This document shows, piece by piece, positions 1 to 8,654 of a stretch of DNA of 58,125 nucleotides (position 1 is its first letter; the number at the start of each line of letters is the position of its first letter). Source of the stretch: a virus (Duplodnaviria; Caudoviricetes); IMG/VR virus record IMGVR_UViG_3300035703_000105, positions 1 to 58,125 of that record; one strand, given 5' to 3'. The position numbers and the translations under genes were made by a program. The notes beneath the pieces were generated by a model. The model had not been told where the DNA came from, ran no database searches, and saw only the letters and a program-made list of their open reading frames with translations.

Positions 1-19
1 TTTTTTTTGCGCACACCCA

Positions 20-463
20 ATGACCTCCTTCAACTTTCAAGCCGTTCAGCTTCTTGAGATCAATGAGGGTGATGCACCCGTCATTGACATCCACGAAAAC
101 CGTCTGGTTCTCAGTGCCAAGCGGGGCAACGAACACATCCGGATCACTGCTCCTCTTGATGCGCTCTCGCCTTCAGCACGAGCTGTAAAGGTCAAGGCAG
201 GGAACAAGCCCACAACAATTACACGCCAGCCTCAGTACGCCAAGGGGGCAGCTGATGGCCGTGTAGGAGTCAACAACTACATGGCCAAGCTGACCGATGA
301 GAAGGTTAGAGAGATCAGGCAGCTCGTGGCTGACAAGAGTTTTGTTGAGAGCTACAGGAGCTTTCAGGCGATGGTTCTTGCCATTGCTGAAAGCTATGGA
401 GTTCACCCTGCAACAATCCATAACGTGATCAAAGGCATCAGCTGGCGGCACGTTAAGATCTGA
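20..463 (+). CDS. Putative DNA-binding protein with C-terminal HTH of the type found on HNH endonucleases
   Basis: C-terminus AKLTDEKVREIR...IAESYGVHPATIHNVIKGISWRHV matches that HTH pattern; no HNH catalytic motif visible. Confidence 0.55.
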   Translation: MTSFNFQAVQLLEINEGDAPVIDIHENRLVLSAKRGNEHIRITAPLDALSPSARAVKVKAGNKPTTITRQPQYAKGAADGRVGVNNYMAKLTDEKVREIRQLVADKSFVESYRSFQAMVLAIAESYGVHPATIHNVIKGISWRHVKI

Positions 464-482
464 TACAGACCACAGAACCACG

Positions 483-507
483 GCCCCCACATGGGGGCTT
501 TTCTTTT
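483..507 (+). terminator. Rho-independent terminator
   Basis: GCCCCC-ACAT-GGGGGC stem followed by TTTTCTTTT. Confidence 0.8.
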
Positions 508-527
508 GCACATTCATCAAACCAATC

Positions 528-2147
528 ATGGAATTCAATCTGCCTGAAACAGTTGCTAAGCAGCTACGTCCTTACGATCAAACATTCAAACAAATAGAAC
601 GGGAGCAGCGTCGTGCACAAGCTGACAGTAATAGCAACTTAGTTTATATGAAACGCAAAACAAAGCTTGCGTTTCCCTGTCCAGAAATTTTCTTTGATCT
701 TGATTTTAAACAGATCCATGAGATCTACGAAGACATGTGTTTGCGTGCTGCACCTTTTCGCTACAAAATATTAGAGCTACCTGATGGCAGGCTTTATTTT
801 ATTTCCTGGAGCAAACATACTTATGAGCACAAAGATCCTGTTGAATTCTGGTTTTGTTGGAAAGTTATTGATAAATCTTGTCCATTAGTTCTGCGCCAGT
901 GGATCAATGATACGCATGATGATGATACTTATACTGAGCAGCGTATGGATGTAACTTACTCGGAAGCTATGCGTGTGATTGATAATCCATTTACTCCTCG
1001 TTATACAAAAGAAAGATGGCGTTACGATGCTTTATCTAATTTCATTAGTGACGCTATTATTTTGTTGAATCTTCCTTTATATACTTACAATAACGGACAA
1101 ACTAAATATAACTACACACGGTACTTTGATGAGAAGTTTTTCCATGAACGTTACTACAACGGAGTAAGCAATCAGATTAATCCTGTATTGTTTCTAAATC
1201 AATCTGATTTAGAAAACTATACAGACACTAAAGTTGACATTAAAATTTTTAGTCAGATTGTAAACAGTAAGTTCTTTCAATCTGCTGTTGTTAGAGATGC
1301 AAAGAATCAACTTGAACTTCTTGTACAAGAAAATAAACAACCAAAGATTGATTCTTTGATTGCTCGTTTACGTTTTACTTATCTATTCCTTTGGTTCTAT
1401 CCAGAGGAATATGATCGTGCTGTTTATCTCTATCAAGAACTAGAAAAAACAGTTGTTCATCGCCTAAGTTACTGCTGGGAGTTTAGTTATATTGCAAAGC
1501 ATCCTAAGCGTGCTGAGTTGATGGATTGGATCCGCAGCTCAATTACACCCCAGATGTTTGTTCATTGGATTCTTGATCAAGTTGAACTCCAGCAAGGCAG
1601 GAATCCAGATGATTACAGACATGACTCTACTTTGCCAGATACAATGGCAATGATGCGCCGCATCTTTGAGTACCGTACTGGCGGGCGTCTTAATAAAGAT
1701 AACAAGATCTTTGAAGATCCAAAGCGTTGGCGGTTAGAAGAAACTCATAATCATTTTTCAAAACTAATCCTCCTAATTGATAACAAACTAACTGCACTAC
1801 CTCAAGACCTTATCCCACAACCCCGTGTGTTTCAAACTGAAAAAGGAATGATTCGTATGTTCCAGCCTGCTACCAATCACGAGGTTATCCAGTGGGGCAA
1901 AGCTGTTCGCAACTGCGTTGGCTCTTCTGGTTACGACGAACGGGTGCTTAAAAAGCAAGCCTTCCTTGTGTTTGCTGAGCTGGATGGGAAGCCCTGGCTG
2001 ACCTCCTTACTCACGCTGAACATGGGTAAGATCCAGGTGGGTCAGACCGTATCTTTACGGAATGGACTGCTGGCACCAGAAGAGACGGCTCTTTACTACA
2101 GTTGTTTAGGTGAATCCTTAAAGCAACTGGAATCAAGAGTAAACTAA
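528..2147 (+). CDS. PcfJ-domain protein
   Basis: C-terminal QPATNHEVIQWGKAVRNCVGSSGY resembles the PcfJ (E-G-x-x-x-H/N-CV-x-x-Y) motif. Confidence 0.65.
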   Translation: MEFNLPETVAKQLRPYDQTFKQIEREQRRAQADSNSNLVYMKRKTKLAFPCPEIFFDLDFKQIHEIYEDMCLRAAPFRYKILELPDGRLYFISWSKHTYEHKDPVEFWFCWKVIDKSCPLVLRQWINDTHDDDTYTEQRMDVTYSEAMRVIDNPFTPRYTKERWRYDALSNFISDAIILLNLPLYTYNNGQTKYNYTRYFDEKFFHERYYNGVSNQINPVLFLNQSDLENYTDTKVDIKIFSQIVNSKFFQSAVVRDAKNQLELLVQENKQPKIDSLIARLRFTYLFLWFYPEEYDRAVYLYQELEKTVVHRLSYCWEFSYIAKHPKRAELMDWIRSSITPQMFVHWILDQVELQQGRNPDDYRHDSTLPDTMAMMRRIFEYRTGGRLNKDNKIFEDPKRWRLEETHNHFSKLILLIDNKLTALPQDLIPQPRVFQTEKGMIRMFQPATNHEVIQWGKAVRNCVGSSGYDERVLKKQAFLVFAELDGKPWLTSLLTLNMGKIQVGQTVSLRNGLLAPEETALYYSCLGESLKQLESRVN

Positions 2148-2168
2148 TAAGCAGTTGCTTTTGATTCC

Positions 2169-2396
2169 ATGGAATCTCTGACTGATGCTGGCCTTACCGT
2201 TACCTATGACGAAGAGGCTGGCATCATTACTTTTGACTGGGATCCCGAAACCCATCCTCAATACAACAGTTTAGAACATCTTACGAGCGAACAATTCTCC
2301 GCCATGATGCTGGGGTGGATTGATTGCTACGAAGAAGACCACTCTGATCAACCTTCTGACACCAAGATTGATGGCGAAGATCACACTAACCTGTGA
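2169..2396 (+). CDS. Hypothetical acidic protein
   Basis: ORF in operon context. Confidence 0.55.
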   Translation: MESLTDAGLTVTYDEEAGIITFDWDPETHPQYNSLEHLTSEQFSAMMLGWIDCYEEDHSDQPSDTKIDGEDHTNL

Positions 2397-2844
2397 AAAA
2401 TGTCAACAAACTTTTGAACGTGATCTATGTCAACACCGCGCCAACACAAGGCGCGGTCGTATAAAAACATTCTGCTCCAGGGAGTGTGCTAACAAAGTAC
2501 ACAGCAAACCAATTAAATACAATGTTCCATCTGAACGGATTGAAGCGTGCCGCAATGCACGTTTTCGGGAAGAGTGCACTCACTGCGGTGCTAAAGCTCT
2601 TCGCGTTATTGAATCAAAGTTAGATCGTTACAGCAACAGGCGACGCGTTAAGGAATGCGAAGTTTGTAACCATCGCGCTGTAACTTATGAGATCACAATG
2701 GAACAGTATCTGAAGCTGGATAAGTCCAGGAAAGAGAAACCTTGTGTTTGTTTGAGCTGTGTTTACAACAGCAAGAACCGTTGTGATTTTGACTTCCCTG
2801 AGTACATGTCCCCTGATGCTGAGGACTGCATCCATGCTGCTTGA
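2371..2844 (+). CDS. Multi-zinc-finger protein with NrdR-like zinc ribbon
   Basis: CEKC...FCSREC; CTHCG...RVIES...RRRVKECEVCNHRAVTYE (NrdR N-terminal pattern); C-terminal CLSC...C...C. Confidence 0.6.
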   Translation: MAKITLTCEKCQQTFERDLCQHRANTRRGRIKTFCSRECANKVHSKPIKYNVPSERIEACRNARFREECTHCGAKALRVIESKLDRYSNRRRVKECEVCNHRAVTYEITMEQYLKLDKSRKEKPCVCLSCVYNSKNRCDFDFPEYMSPDAEDCIHAA

Positions 2845-2939
2845 TCTCAGTATGAGTTCCATTTGAGTACAACAAAATCCATCACGGGGTAGACACCAAC
2901 AAGGATGTCTTTACACTGTGATGGATTCTTACTTCACTC

Positions 2940-3242
2940 ATGACTACCAAACTAGCTCTCATCTATCAGGTCGGTGACCGCGTAGCTGAACGTCCCAAAG
3001 CTTGCAACTGGGTCTCAGTTCGTGCTGAAGTAAGAGAGCGCATTGCTCCCTTCCGTTCTCAGCGTTATGGGACTGTTGTTGGCACAACAACTAAGCGGAA
3101 CTCTCGTGGTGCAAACCAGAAGTTTCTTGTTATCCAATGGGATCACCTTGCTTCTCCAACTGAACATGCACAGATGAGGATCTGTCCTATCGAACAACTC
3201 TCTCAACTCCAGGCGCAAGGTTATGGCATGGAGGTTGAATGA
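2940..3242 (+). CDS. Hypothetical protein (SH3/KOW-like)
   Basis: YQVGDRV...YGTVVG...VIQWD pattern. Confidence 0.55.
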   Translation: MTTKLALIYQVGDRVAERPKACNWVSVRAEVRERIAPFRSQRYGTVVGTTTKRNSRGANQKFLVIQWDHLASPTEHAQMRICPIEQLSQLQAQGYGMEVE

Positions 3243-3445
3243 CTGATGAAGCGATTAAACCTGAACAATCGCTTCAGGCTACCGGTTCTTTTGATCCTTT
3301 AGCTGATGAATACTCTTTGAGTTTAATCAGCGGTTCTCTAGTTGTTACATTTGATTTCTTAACTAGAGAACAAATCGAGCACATTAAATCGTGCCTTGAC
3401 TGTATGCTTATGACTCTTGAACCTGAATCCAATGAGCAGCGTTAA
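3239..3445 (+). CDS. Hypothetical protein
   Basis: ATGA overlap with upstream gene. Confidence 0.5.
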   Translation: MTDEAIKPEQSLQATGSFDPLADEYSLSLISGSLVVTFDFLTREQIEHIKSCLDCMLMTLEPESNEQR

Positions 3446-4085
3446 GTTAGTCTGGGTCACACCAGATGCAGAAGCCATGATCGTAGACATGGCACGGGTT
3501 AGTGCACCGCAGAACCAAGGTAATACTGAGACTGCACCTAAACTTCTACGCTATTTACTGAAAAATAAACACATCAGTCCATTTGAAATGGCTGACATGT
3601 GCATGGAGATTAACACAACACGTGCAATCTCTCCACAGATCCTCCGGCATAGATCCTTTTCATTCCAGGAGTTTAGTCAACGCTATGCAGAAAGCAGTAA
3701 GCTTGGTCAAAGTGAAGTGCCGCATCTGCGTCGCCAGGATTTAAAGAACCGTCAGAATAGTGTTGACGATCTTGATGCAGATACGGTCAGTAAGTATTAC
3801 CGCCGTATCATTCAACTCTTTGAAGATACAGAACATCTGTATCAAGAGATGACAAGCAATGGTGTAGCTAAAGAATGTGCACGTGCCATCCTTCCATTAG
3901 CAACACCAACCCGTCTTTATATGAAGGGTTCATTGCGTTCTTGGATTACTTACATCGCTTTGCGTGAGAAGAATGGGACTCAACTTGAGCACATGAAGAT
4001 TGCTAAAGACATTAAGACCATCTTCTGTGGTCAATTCCCCATCATCGCAGAGGCCCTAGGTGGCACCGATCCTTGGGAGATTTAA
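3432..4085 (+). CDS. thyX: Flavin-dependent thymidylate synthase
   Basis: HISPFE, QILRHRSFSFQEFSQRY, GVAKECARAILP, TQLEH motifs. Confidence 0.97.
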   Translation: MSSVKLVWVTPDAEAMIVDMARVSAPQNQGNTETAPKLLRYLLKNKHISPFEMADMCMEINTTRAISPQILRHRSFSFQEFSQRYAESSKLGQSEVPHLRRQDLKNRQNSVDDLDADTVSKYYRRIIQLFEDTEHLYQEMTSNGVAKECARAILPLATPTRLYMKGSLRSWITYIALREKNGTQLEHMKIAKDIKTIFCGQFPIIAEALGGTDPWEI

Positions 4086-4112
4086 GATGAGGTCTGCCTC
4101 CAGGGTTCGTCC

Positions 4113-4274
4113 ATGGACATGGATGACAACAGCCTCAAGACCGCTGCACTAGCAGCCTGGTTAGATCTGGTGTACGGCGGACAGGACGCACGAGAGTACA
4201 CATGTTCTCTACGTTTGATCCGTCGTGCATTAGAGAAAGTACCAGAACACATTAAGATCACAGACTGTGATTAA
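4113..4274 (+). CDS. 53-aa protein, distant relative of the 'IRRALE' paralog family (not in ORF track)
   Basis: Manual translation MDMDDNSLKTAALAAWLDLVYGGQDAREYTCSLRLIRRALEKVPEHIKITDCD. Confidence 0.5.
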   Translation: MDMDDNSLKTAALAAWLDLVYGGQDAREYTCSLRLIRRALEKVPEHIKITDCD

Positions 4275-4331
4275 ACGCCTGGGCATCCTTTGGAGTAAGT
4301 CCCAGGCTTTGTTGTATTTGCACCTACCACA

Positions 4332-5285
4332 ATGACCACCAACACTAACAACCAAAACAAACTACCAAAGGTTCCTGACAAAGCGCTTGAAGCTTTGAAA
4401 ACTGGTATCCAATCTGTTCTTGACTCTAAAGATTGGACTGGTTTTCTTTCTGCTATCAGGCAGATCCATGACTACAGCTTCAACAACAAGCTGTTGATTA
4501 TGCTTGCGCAACAACAACGTGGCTGGGCGTTCAGCCCATTTGTTGCAGGCAGGACTAAGTGGAACGAGAAGTTTAATCGGCAACTTAAGGAAGGAGAATT
4601 TACCAAACCGATTTGGATTATTGCGCCAGTGTTGATTGACAAGCGCGACGAGAACGGCAATGTCATTCGGAAGCCTGACGGTACGTCCGACAAGATTGCT
4701 ATCCGGTTCCGTGGCGTCAAAGTTTACGATCACCATCAAACCCACGGGGATCCGATCCCCGAACCAGACACGTCAACTATGATGGCACAGCTTGATGGAG
4801 ACATCTCTGGAGCTGTCATGGATGGAATGATTGCTTTGGCAAAGCAGCGTCAGGTCGAGACGCAGCTTGTTGATCAAAATGAGCTAGGACATGCGCTTGG
4901 CCGTTGTTGGTTTGCCAACCAAGGTCGCGCCAGCAAGATTGAGATTTCTAAAGATCTCAATCAAGCAACACAAATTAGTGTGATGAGCCATGAACTTGGT
5001 CACGCTATCTTGCACAACCGTGATGAGTATCAAGAGCATGATTCGTCCTCGATCAAAGAACTAGAAGCCGAGTCAGTTGCGTATCTTGTTTGTTCTTATT
5101 ACGGTTTGGATCTTGGTGGTCGTAGCTTCCAGTACATTGTTCATCACAACACTGCATCTGATGATGTTGTAGCTGATCTACTTAAGTCTGGTGATCGAAT
5201 TTTCCGTGCTTACCAGGAGATCATTACAACTACTGATCAGTTTATGCGCCAGGGGCAAGCTCAGAAGGAGTTGGTTGTAGCATGA
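4332..5285 (+). CDS. ArdC-like antirestriction protein (ssDNA-binding N-terminus plus zincin/ImmA-like metallopeptidase)
   Basis: YSFNNKLLIMLAQ N-terminal motif; HELGH...ELEAESVAYLVC metallopeptidase motif. Confidence 0.8.
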   Translation: MTTNTNNQNKLPKVPDKALEALKTGIQSVLDSKDWTGFLSAIRQIHDYSFNNKLLIMLAQQQRGWAFSPFVAGRTKWNEKFNRQLKEGEFTKPIWIIAPVLIDKRDENGNVIRKPDGTSDKIAIRFRGVKVYDHHQTHGDPIPEPDTSTMMAQLDGDISGAVMDGMIALAKQRQVETQLVDQNELGHALGRCWFANQGRASKIEISKDLNQATQISVMSHELGHAILHNRDEYQEHDSSSIKELEAESVAYLVCSYYGLDLGGRSFQYIVHHNTASDDVVADLLKSGDRIFRAYQEIITTTDQFMRQGQAQKELVVA

Positions 5286-5596
5286 CACACCAACACCCCA
5301 TCACCCCACCGGCGGAGCTGGTGCAGCAGTGGGTTGATTTACTGACGCAAGGCTCTATCACGGCTTTTACCACTGCCGCCCAATGGGGCACCGACCAAGA
5401 GCTGGAGGCGTGCTGTGAGTGGCTGGAGCAAAAAGGATTTGCTTTTGTCGATGAACTCCGCGCCCACCGCCGTCCCAAGCCGCCAAGTTTGAAGGAACAG
5501 GCGCTTGACGAGCTGCACATCAGTTTCGACAGGGGCTACCTCAAGGAAGGAGCTGCCGACACCATCCGCCGCGCACTGGAGCAACTCAATGATTAA
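5282..5596 (+). CDS. GC-rich paralog family member 1
   Basis: HPITPP, AAQWGTDQELEAC, RRPKPPSLKEQAL and DTIRRALE blocks shared with 6252 and 26610. Confidence 0.75.
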   Translation: MTHQHPITPPAELVQQWVDLLTQGSITAFTTAAQWGTDQELEACCEWLEQKGFAFVDELRAHRRPKPPSLKEQALDELHISFDRGYLKEGAADTIRRALEQLND

Positions 5597-5930
5597 ACGC
5601 ATTCTGTTCATCGCTGCAATGTTTATGCACGGACCAGCATTCGCACACCACGGTGCAGGACACGGAAGACCAGTTACCGCAACTGTTTATGATGGTTGGT
5701 ACCACGGACGCGTTACATACTGTGGTGATACATACCAACATTGGGGCTTGTCAGCAGCGCATCCCTGGTTGGAATGTGGAACCAAAGTACGGGTCAGTTA
5801 CAAAGGTCGGTCATTGGTTGTACCAGTAACGGATCGTTGTGATTGCAACTCACTAGATCTATCTGCAGGTGCGGCTTATAAATTAGGTGTACCTCTAGAT
5901 GGTATTGCAACTGTACGCATTGCTTATTAA
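5589..5930 (+). CDS. RlpA-like double-psi beta-barrel protein with signal peptide
   Basis: SAAHPWLECGTKVRV...VPVTDRC...LDLSAGA. Confidence 0.85.
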   Translation: MIKRILFIAAMFMHGPAFAHHGAGHGRPVTATVYDGWYHGRVTYCGDTYQHWGLSAAHPWLECGTKVRVSYKGRSLVVPVTDRCDCNSLDLSAGAAYKLGVPLDGIATVRIAY

Positions 5931-5958
5931 TTCATGACAAACCAAGACCCCAATTACC

Positions 5959-6222
5959 ATGAACTTAATTGCTATCTTCGAAGTGCCAGTTCAACTAATG
6001 TTAAGCACTGAACAAATTAAGGAGGCCCGCGCTGCCTTGAATACATTCCATTTGGGTGATGCAGATGCAAATCAATTAAATCCAGAAACTATGGTTTACG
6101 AACCTAAGTATCCACAAAAAGAAACTGAAGAGTTCAGAGGAGCATCTACTAGCATCCTTGGGACGCATACATGTTATGTAACCGTTGGGATTGATTCTTG
6201 CGGGCAGTTCTATATTGTTTGA
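5959..6222 (+). CDS. Hypothetical protein
   Basis: ORF in operon context. Confidence 0.5.
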   Translation: MNLIAIFEVPVQLMLSTEQIKEARAALNTFHLGDADANQLNPETMVYEPKYPQKETEEFRGASTSILGTHTCYVTVGIDSCGQFYIV

Positions 6223-6251
6223 TTCTTTGTAGTCGCTACCACTAATCACCC

Positions 6252-6626
6252 ATGACACAACAACATCCCATCACCCCGTCAGATGAGCTGATTGGCGAGT
6301 GGATTGATACTGACGAAGGCGGCCCAAATGTGATCAGCCGCATCGCCACCTGCGCCGCCCAATGGGGCGCCGACCAGGAGCTGGAGGCGTGCTGTGAAGA
6401 AATGAAAAGCATCCCCAGCCCGCTTGGTATTCCATTCGGAGAGATGGCATCCAACGCCCTCCGCACCGCCCGCCGCCCCAAGCCGCCAAGCTTGAAGGAA
6501 CAGGCGCTGTCGCTCGTTGAGCAGCACGAAGACGGCTGGCGGCCGTCACCCAAGGACTGGGACACCATCCGCCGCGCATTGGAGGCACTGCCCGACAGCA
6601 TTGTCGTATTTCCTTCTCAGTGTTAA
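6252..6626 (+). CDS. GC-rich paralog family member 2
   Basis: Same constant blocks as 5282; preceded by TAGT-N7-ACTA site. Confidence 0.75.
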   Translation: MTQQHPITPSDELIGEWIDTDEGGPNVISRIATCAAQWGADQELEACCEEMKSIPSPLGIPFGEMASNALRTARRPKPPSLKEQALSLVEQHEDGWRPSPKDWDTIRRALEALPDSIVVFPSQC

Positions 6627-6633
6627 AAGCATT

Positions 6634-6710
6634 AAAAAGCGGCAGGATGTCACCCCCACCGCTCTTGCAACTGGATCTCACTCCAGTCGCTTTGCTGCTT
6701 TCTGATCAGC
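6634..6710 (-). ncRNA. Candidate small RNA
   Basis: Extended -10 (TGC-TACAGT, 6717-6725 on -), internal CTGGA/TCCAG hairpin, GCGG/CCGC terminator with T5 on -. Confidence 0.35.
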
Positions 6711-6803
6711 CCCAGCACTGTAGCACACGGCAGGTATCAGCATGTATTACCTGAAAACAGGAATCAGCTAATACTTGCCCGCTTACGACCCGTCTCAATT
6801 TCC

Positions 6804-6992
6804 ATGTCTGAACTTTCCTCCGCCGCGCAGGCGGTGATTACTGCCAGCAACTGTGCTGGGTCTCGAATCGTGCAGTTGCACATTGCCGCCGCCCTGCGAG
6901 CCGCTGCGGATGAGGTATGCCTCCGTTGGGCTGAGCTGAAACATCCTGCAGATGTTTTGAACACCATCGCGGACGAGCTTGAAGCCCAGTAG
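6804..6992 (+). CDS. GC-rich hypothetical protein
   Basis: MSELSSAAQAV...IAAALRAAAD...IADELEAQ; its stop is part of a TAGT-N7-ACTA site. Confidence 0.65.
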   Translation: MSELSSAAQAVITASNCAGSRIVQLHIAAALRAAADEVCLRWAELKHPADVLNTIADELEAQ

Positions 6993-7137
6993 TCACCTTC
7001 ACTAAAAGCTAAGCCGTGTGTGGAACCACGGCTCTATGCTTCCAGCTCAGACCAAGCTTCACGAGGCAAGGCCCTGACCGTTGCTGGTTACGGGTAACGC
7101 CCCATGAAAAATCATAGGAATCAACACTCTATCACTG

Positions 7138-7434
7138 ATGAAAGGGTTTACCGCCAGTAAGCAAAAGGAAAAGCAAGCGACTTACTGGATCTCTTGCTAT
7201 ACCAAAGACAATGAAGATGAACCTTTTGGTGTCACCAAAAAACAACTGACTTACAAATCTGGTCAAGATAAGAACAAGTTGATCCTGACTTACTGCACTG
7301 AGCTGATGAAGATCAACCACTCAATCTGGGAGATCCTTGTTCATCAAGGACCATCGGAAACTCCAGAGCACGGAGATCAGGTCACGCATCGGTTGAGCCG
7401 TGAGAAGTTTCGGGGCTCGACAACCATCATTTAG
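7138..7434 (+). CDS. Hypothetical protein
   Basis: ORF track. Confidence 0.55.
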   Translation: MKGFTASKQKEKQATYWISCYTKDNEDEPFGVTKKQLTYKSGQDKNKLILTYCTELMKINHSIWEILVHQGPSETPEHGDQVTHRLSREKFRGSTTII

Positions 7435-7449
7435 TCCTTTATAATTTCT

Positions 7450-7960
7450 TTGGTTCTGCAGACCACCAGTGGCCACTGGTTCGTCATCTTCAGGGATGAC
7501 ACTCGATATCACAGAGTGGAAGCTGTGAGATCGCACCGATGAAGCAACGAGAGGAGTAAGGGCCGACCCTTGCTTAAACCCCGTGAACGGGATCCTCTCT
7601 AGCTTCAAAGTAATCCGCCAGTCTGGATAGGACGGTACTTCTGACCGCGATACCGAAGCCATAGTCCAGGTCGGTGTGCTAAGTTCCACCAGTTACGGTT
7701 TGCTAAAGCTTCTTGTTCCTTGCTATAAGGAACACCACGATAAGTTAATTGTGTCATGGCAGTTGCCACATACAATTAACTATAGGAATTTGTAGTAATT
7801 ACTACAGTTTGTGGTGCAACACTAAGTATTAAATTAGTGTTAAGTTATGGGGCGCAACCGCACCTTCAGCTACAAGGCACGGCTGTTCACTTACCAGCAG
7901 AAGGAAACCACAAAAACTTCTGCTCCCCAGGGCCTGGCGTGGTTCTTCTTCGACCCGTTG
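7450..7960 (+). ncRNA. Candidate large structured ncRNA (~500 nt)
   Basis: TATAAT at 7440-7445; more than 10 hairpins with nested long-range helices; G-U wobbles favour the + strand; no credible ORF. Confidence 0.65.
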
Positions 7961-7997
7961 TTATAATAAGATCTATGTGCTTTCCAAGAACGCCCCA

Positions 7998-8225
7998 ATG
8001 GCTGTATTATCTAAACCAAAGATTATAGGAACAGTCTCCTGTGATTCCGGTACAATCGCTATTACTGATCCAGCTTATCTCCAAGTATCAAAAGAAGATA
8101 CTGTTCGGATGCCTGAGTGGAATCTGTTTACTTCTTTTAACACTGAAGTTGGTGATGGCGAATTTGTTGTCTACGCACAGCGCGATAGCTTAGGCCATTT
8201 GCGTCGTGTCATCATTGAAATCTAA
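7998..8225 (+). CDS. Hypothetical protein
   Basis: IGTVSCDSGTIAITDPAY...GDGEFVVY; TATAAT upstream at 7962. Confidence 0.6.
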   Translation: MAVLSKPKIIGTVSCDSGTIAITDPAYLQVSKEDTVRMPEWNLFTSFNTEVGDGEFVVYAQRDSLGHLRRVIIEI

Positions 8226-8371
8226 TGCTTTACACAACTGTCTTCCTTGTTTGGCTGGCTGTTAATATTATTTTCTTGTTTAACTTTCATCTTGCTGCTG
8301 GCTACTTAGTCATTGTTAATCTCATCTACGCAGTAGCTGCTATGCTGATTGACGATCCAGCTGAAGACTGA
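8225..8371 (+). CDS. Small two-TM membrane protein (not in ORF track)
   Basis: MLYTTVFLVWLAVNIIFLFNFHLAAGYLVIVNLIYAVAAMLIDDPAED; TAATG overlap. Confidence 0.45.
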   Translation: MLYTTVFLVWLAVNIIFLFNFHLAAGYLVIVNLIYAVAAMLIDDPAED

Positions 8372-8654
8372 ATCAGTGACTGACCTCCTCGACCCCAGGC
8401 GGGAACCTAACCGCTGGCTTGCTGCAATGTTTGATCACCTGCTTGATGTGGGTGATCCAGATTCGATTGAATCTCTTCGGTCTGGTTACTATCAACTATG
8501 TAATGTGATTGAACCGGGTCTGATTGATTCGATTTTTGAACCATGGATTGAAGCATATCTTCAAGGACTCCAGGATGAAAGTCAACCCGGAAACACGCAA
8601 AGTATTGCTCGTCCACCAAAGGAGCTAGCGGATCTTCCGGAACCACTGGAATGA
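8349..8654 (+). CDS. Hypothetical protein
   Basis: ORF; overlaps the 3' end of an opposite-strand gene. Confidence 0.5.
   Translation: MTIQLKTESVTDLLDPRREPNRWLAAMFDHLLDVGDPDSIESLRSGYYQLCNVIEPGLIDSIFEPWIEAYLQGLQDESQPGNTQSIARPPKELADLPEPLE

Noticed and set aside
5282-6626. Diversity-generating retroelement (TR/VR pair) among the paralogs or tail fibres
   Set aside because: No reverse transcriptase in the window; differences are block replacements, not adenine-specific substitutions.
7440-7960. CRISPR array or retron ncRNA; ORFs 7321-7689(-) and 7837-8028(+)
   Set aside because: Hairpins are not repeated direct units, no cas or RT gene is nearby, and the ORFs lack convincing starts or protein-like features.
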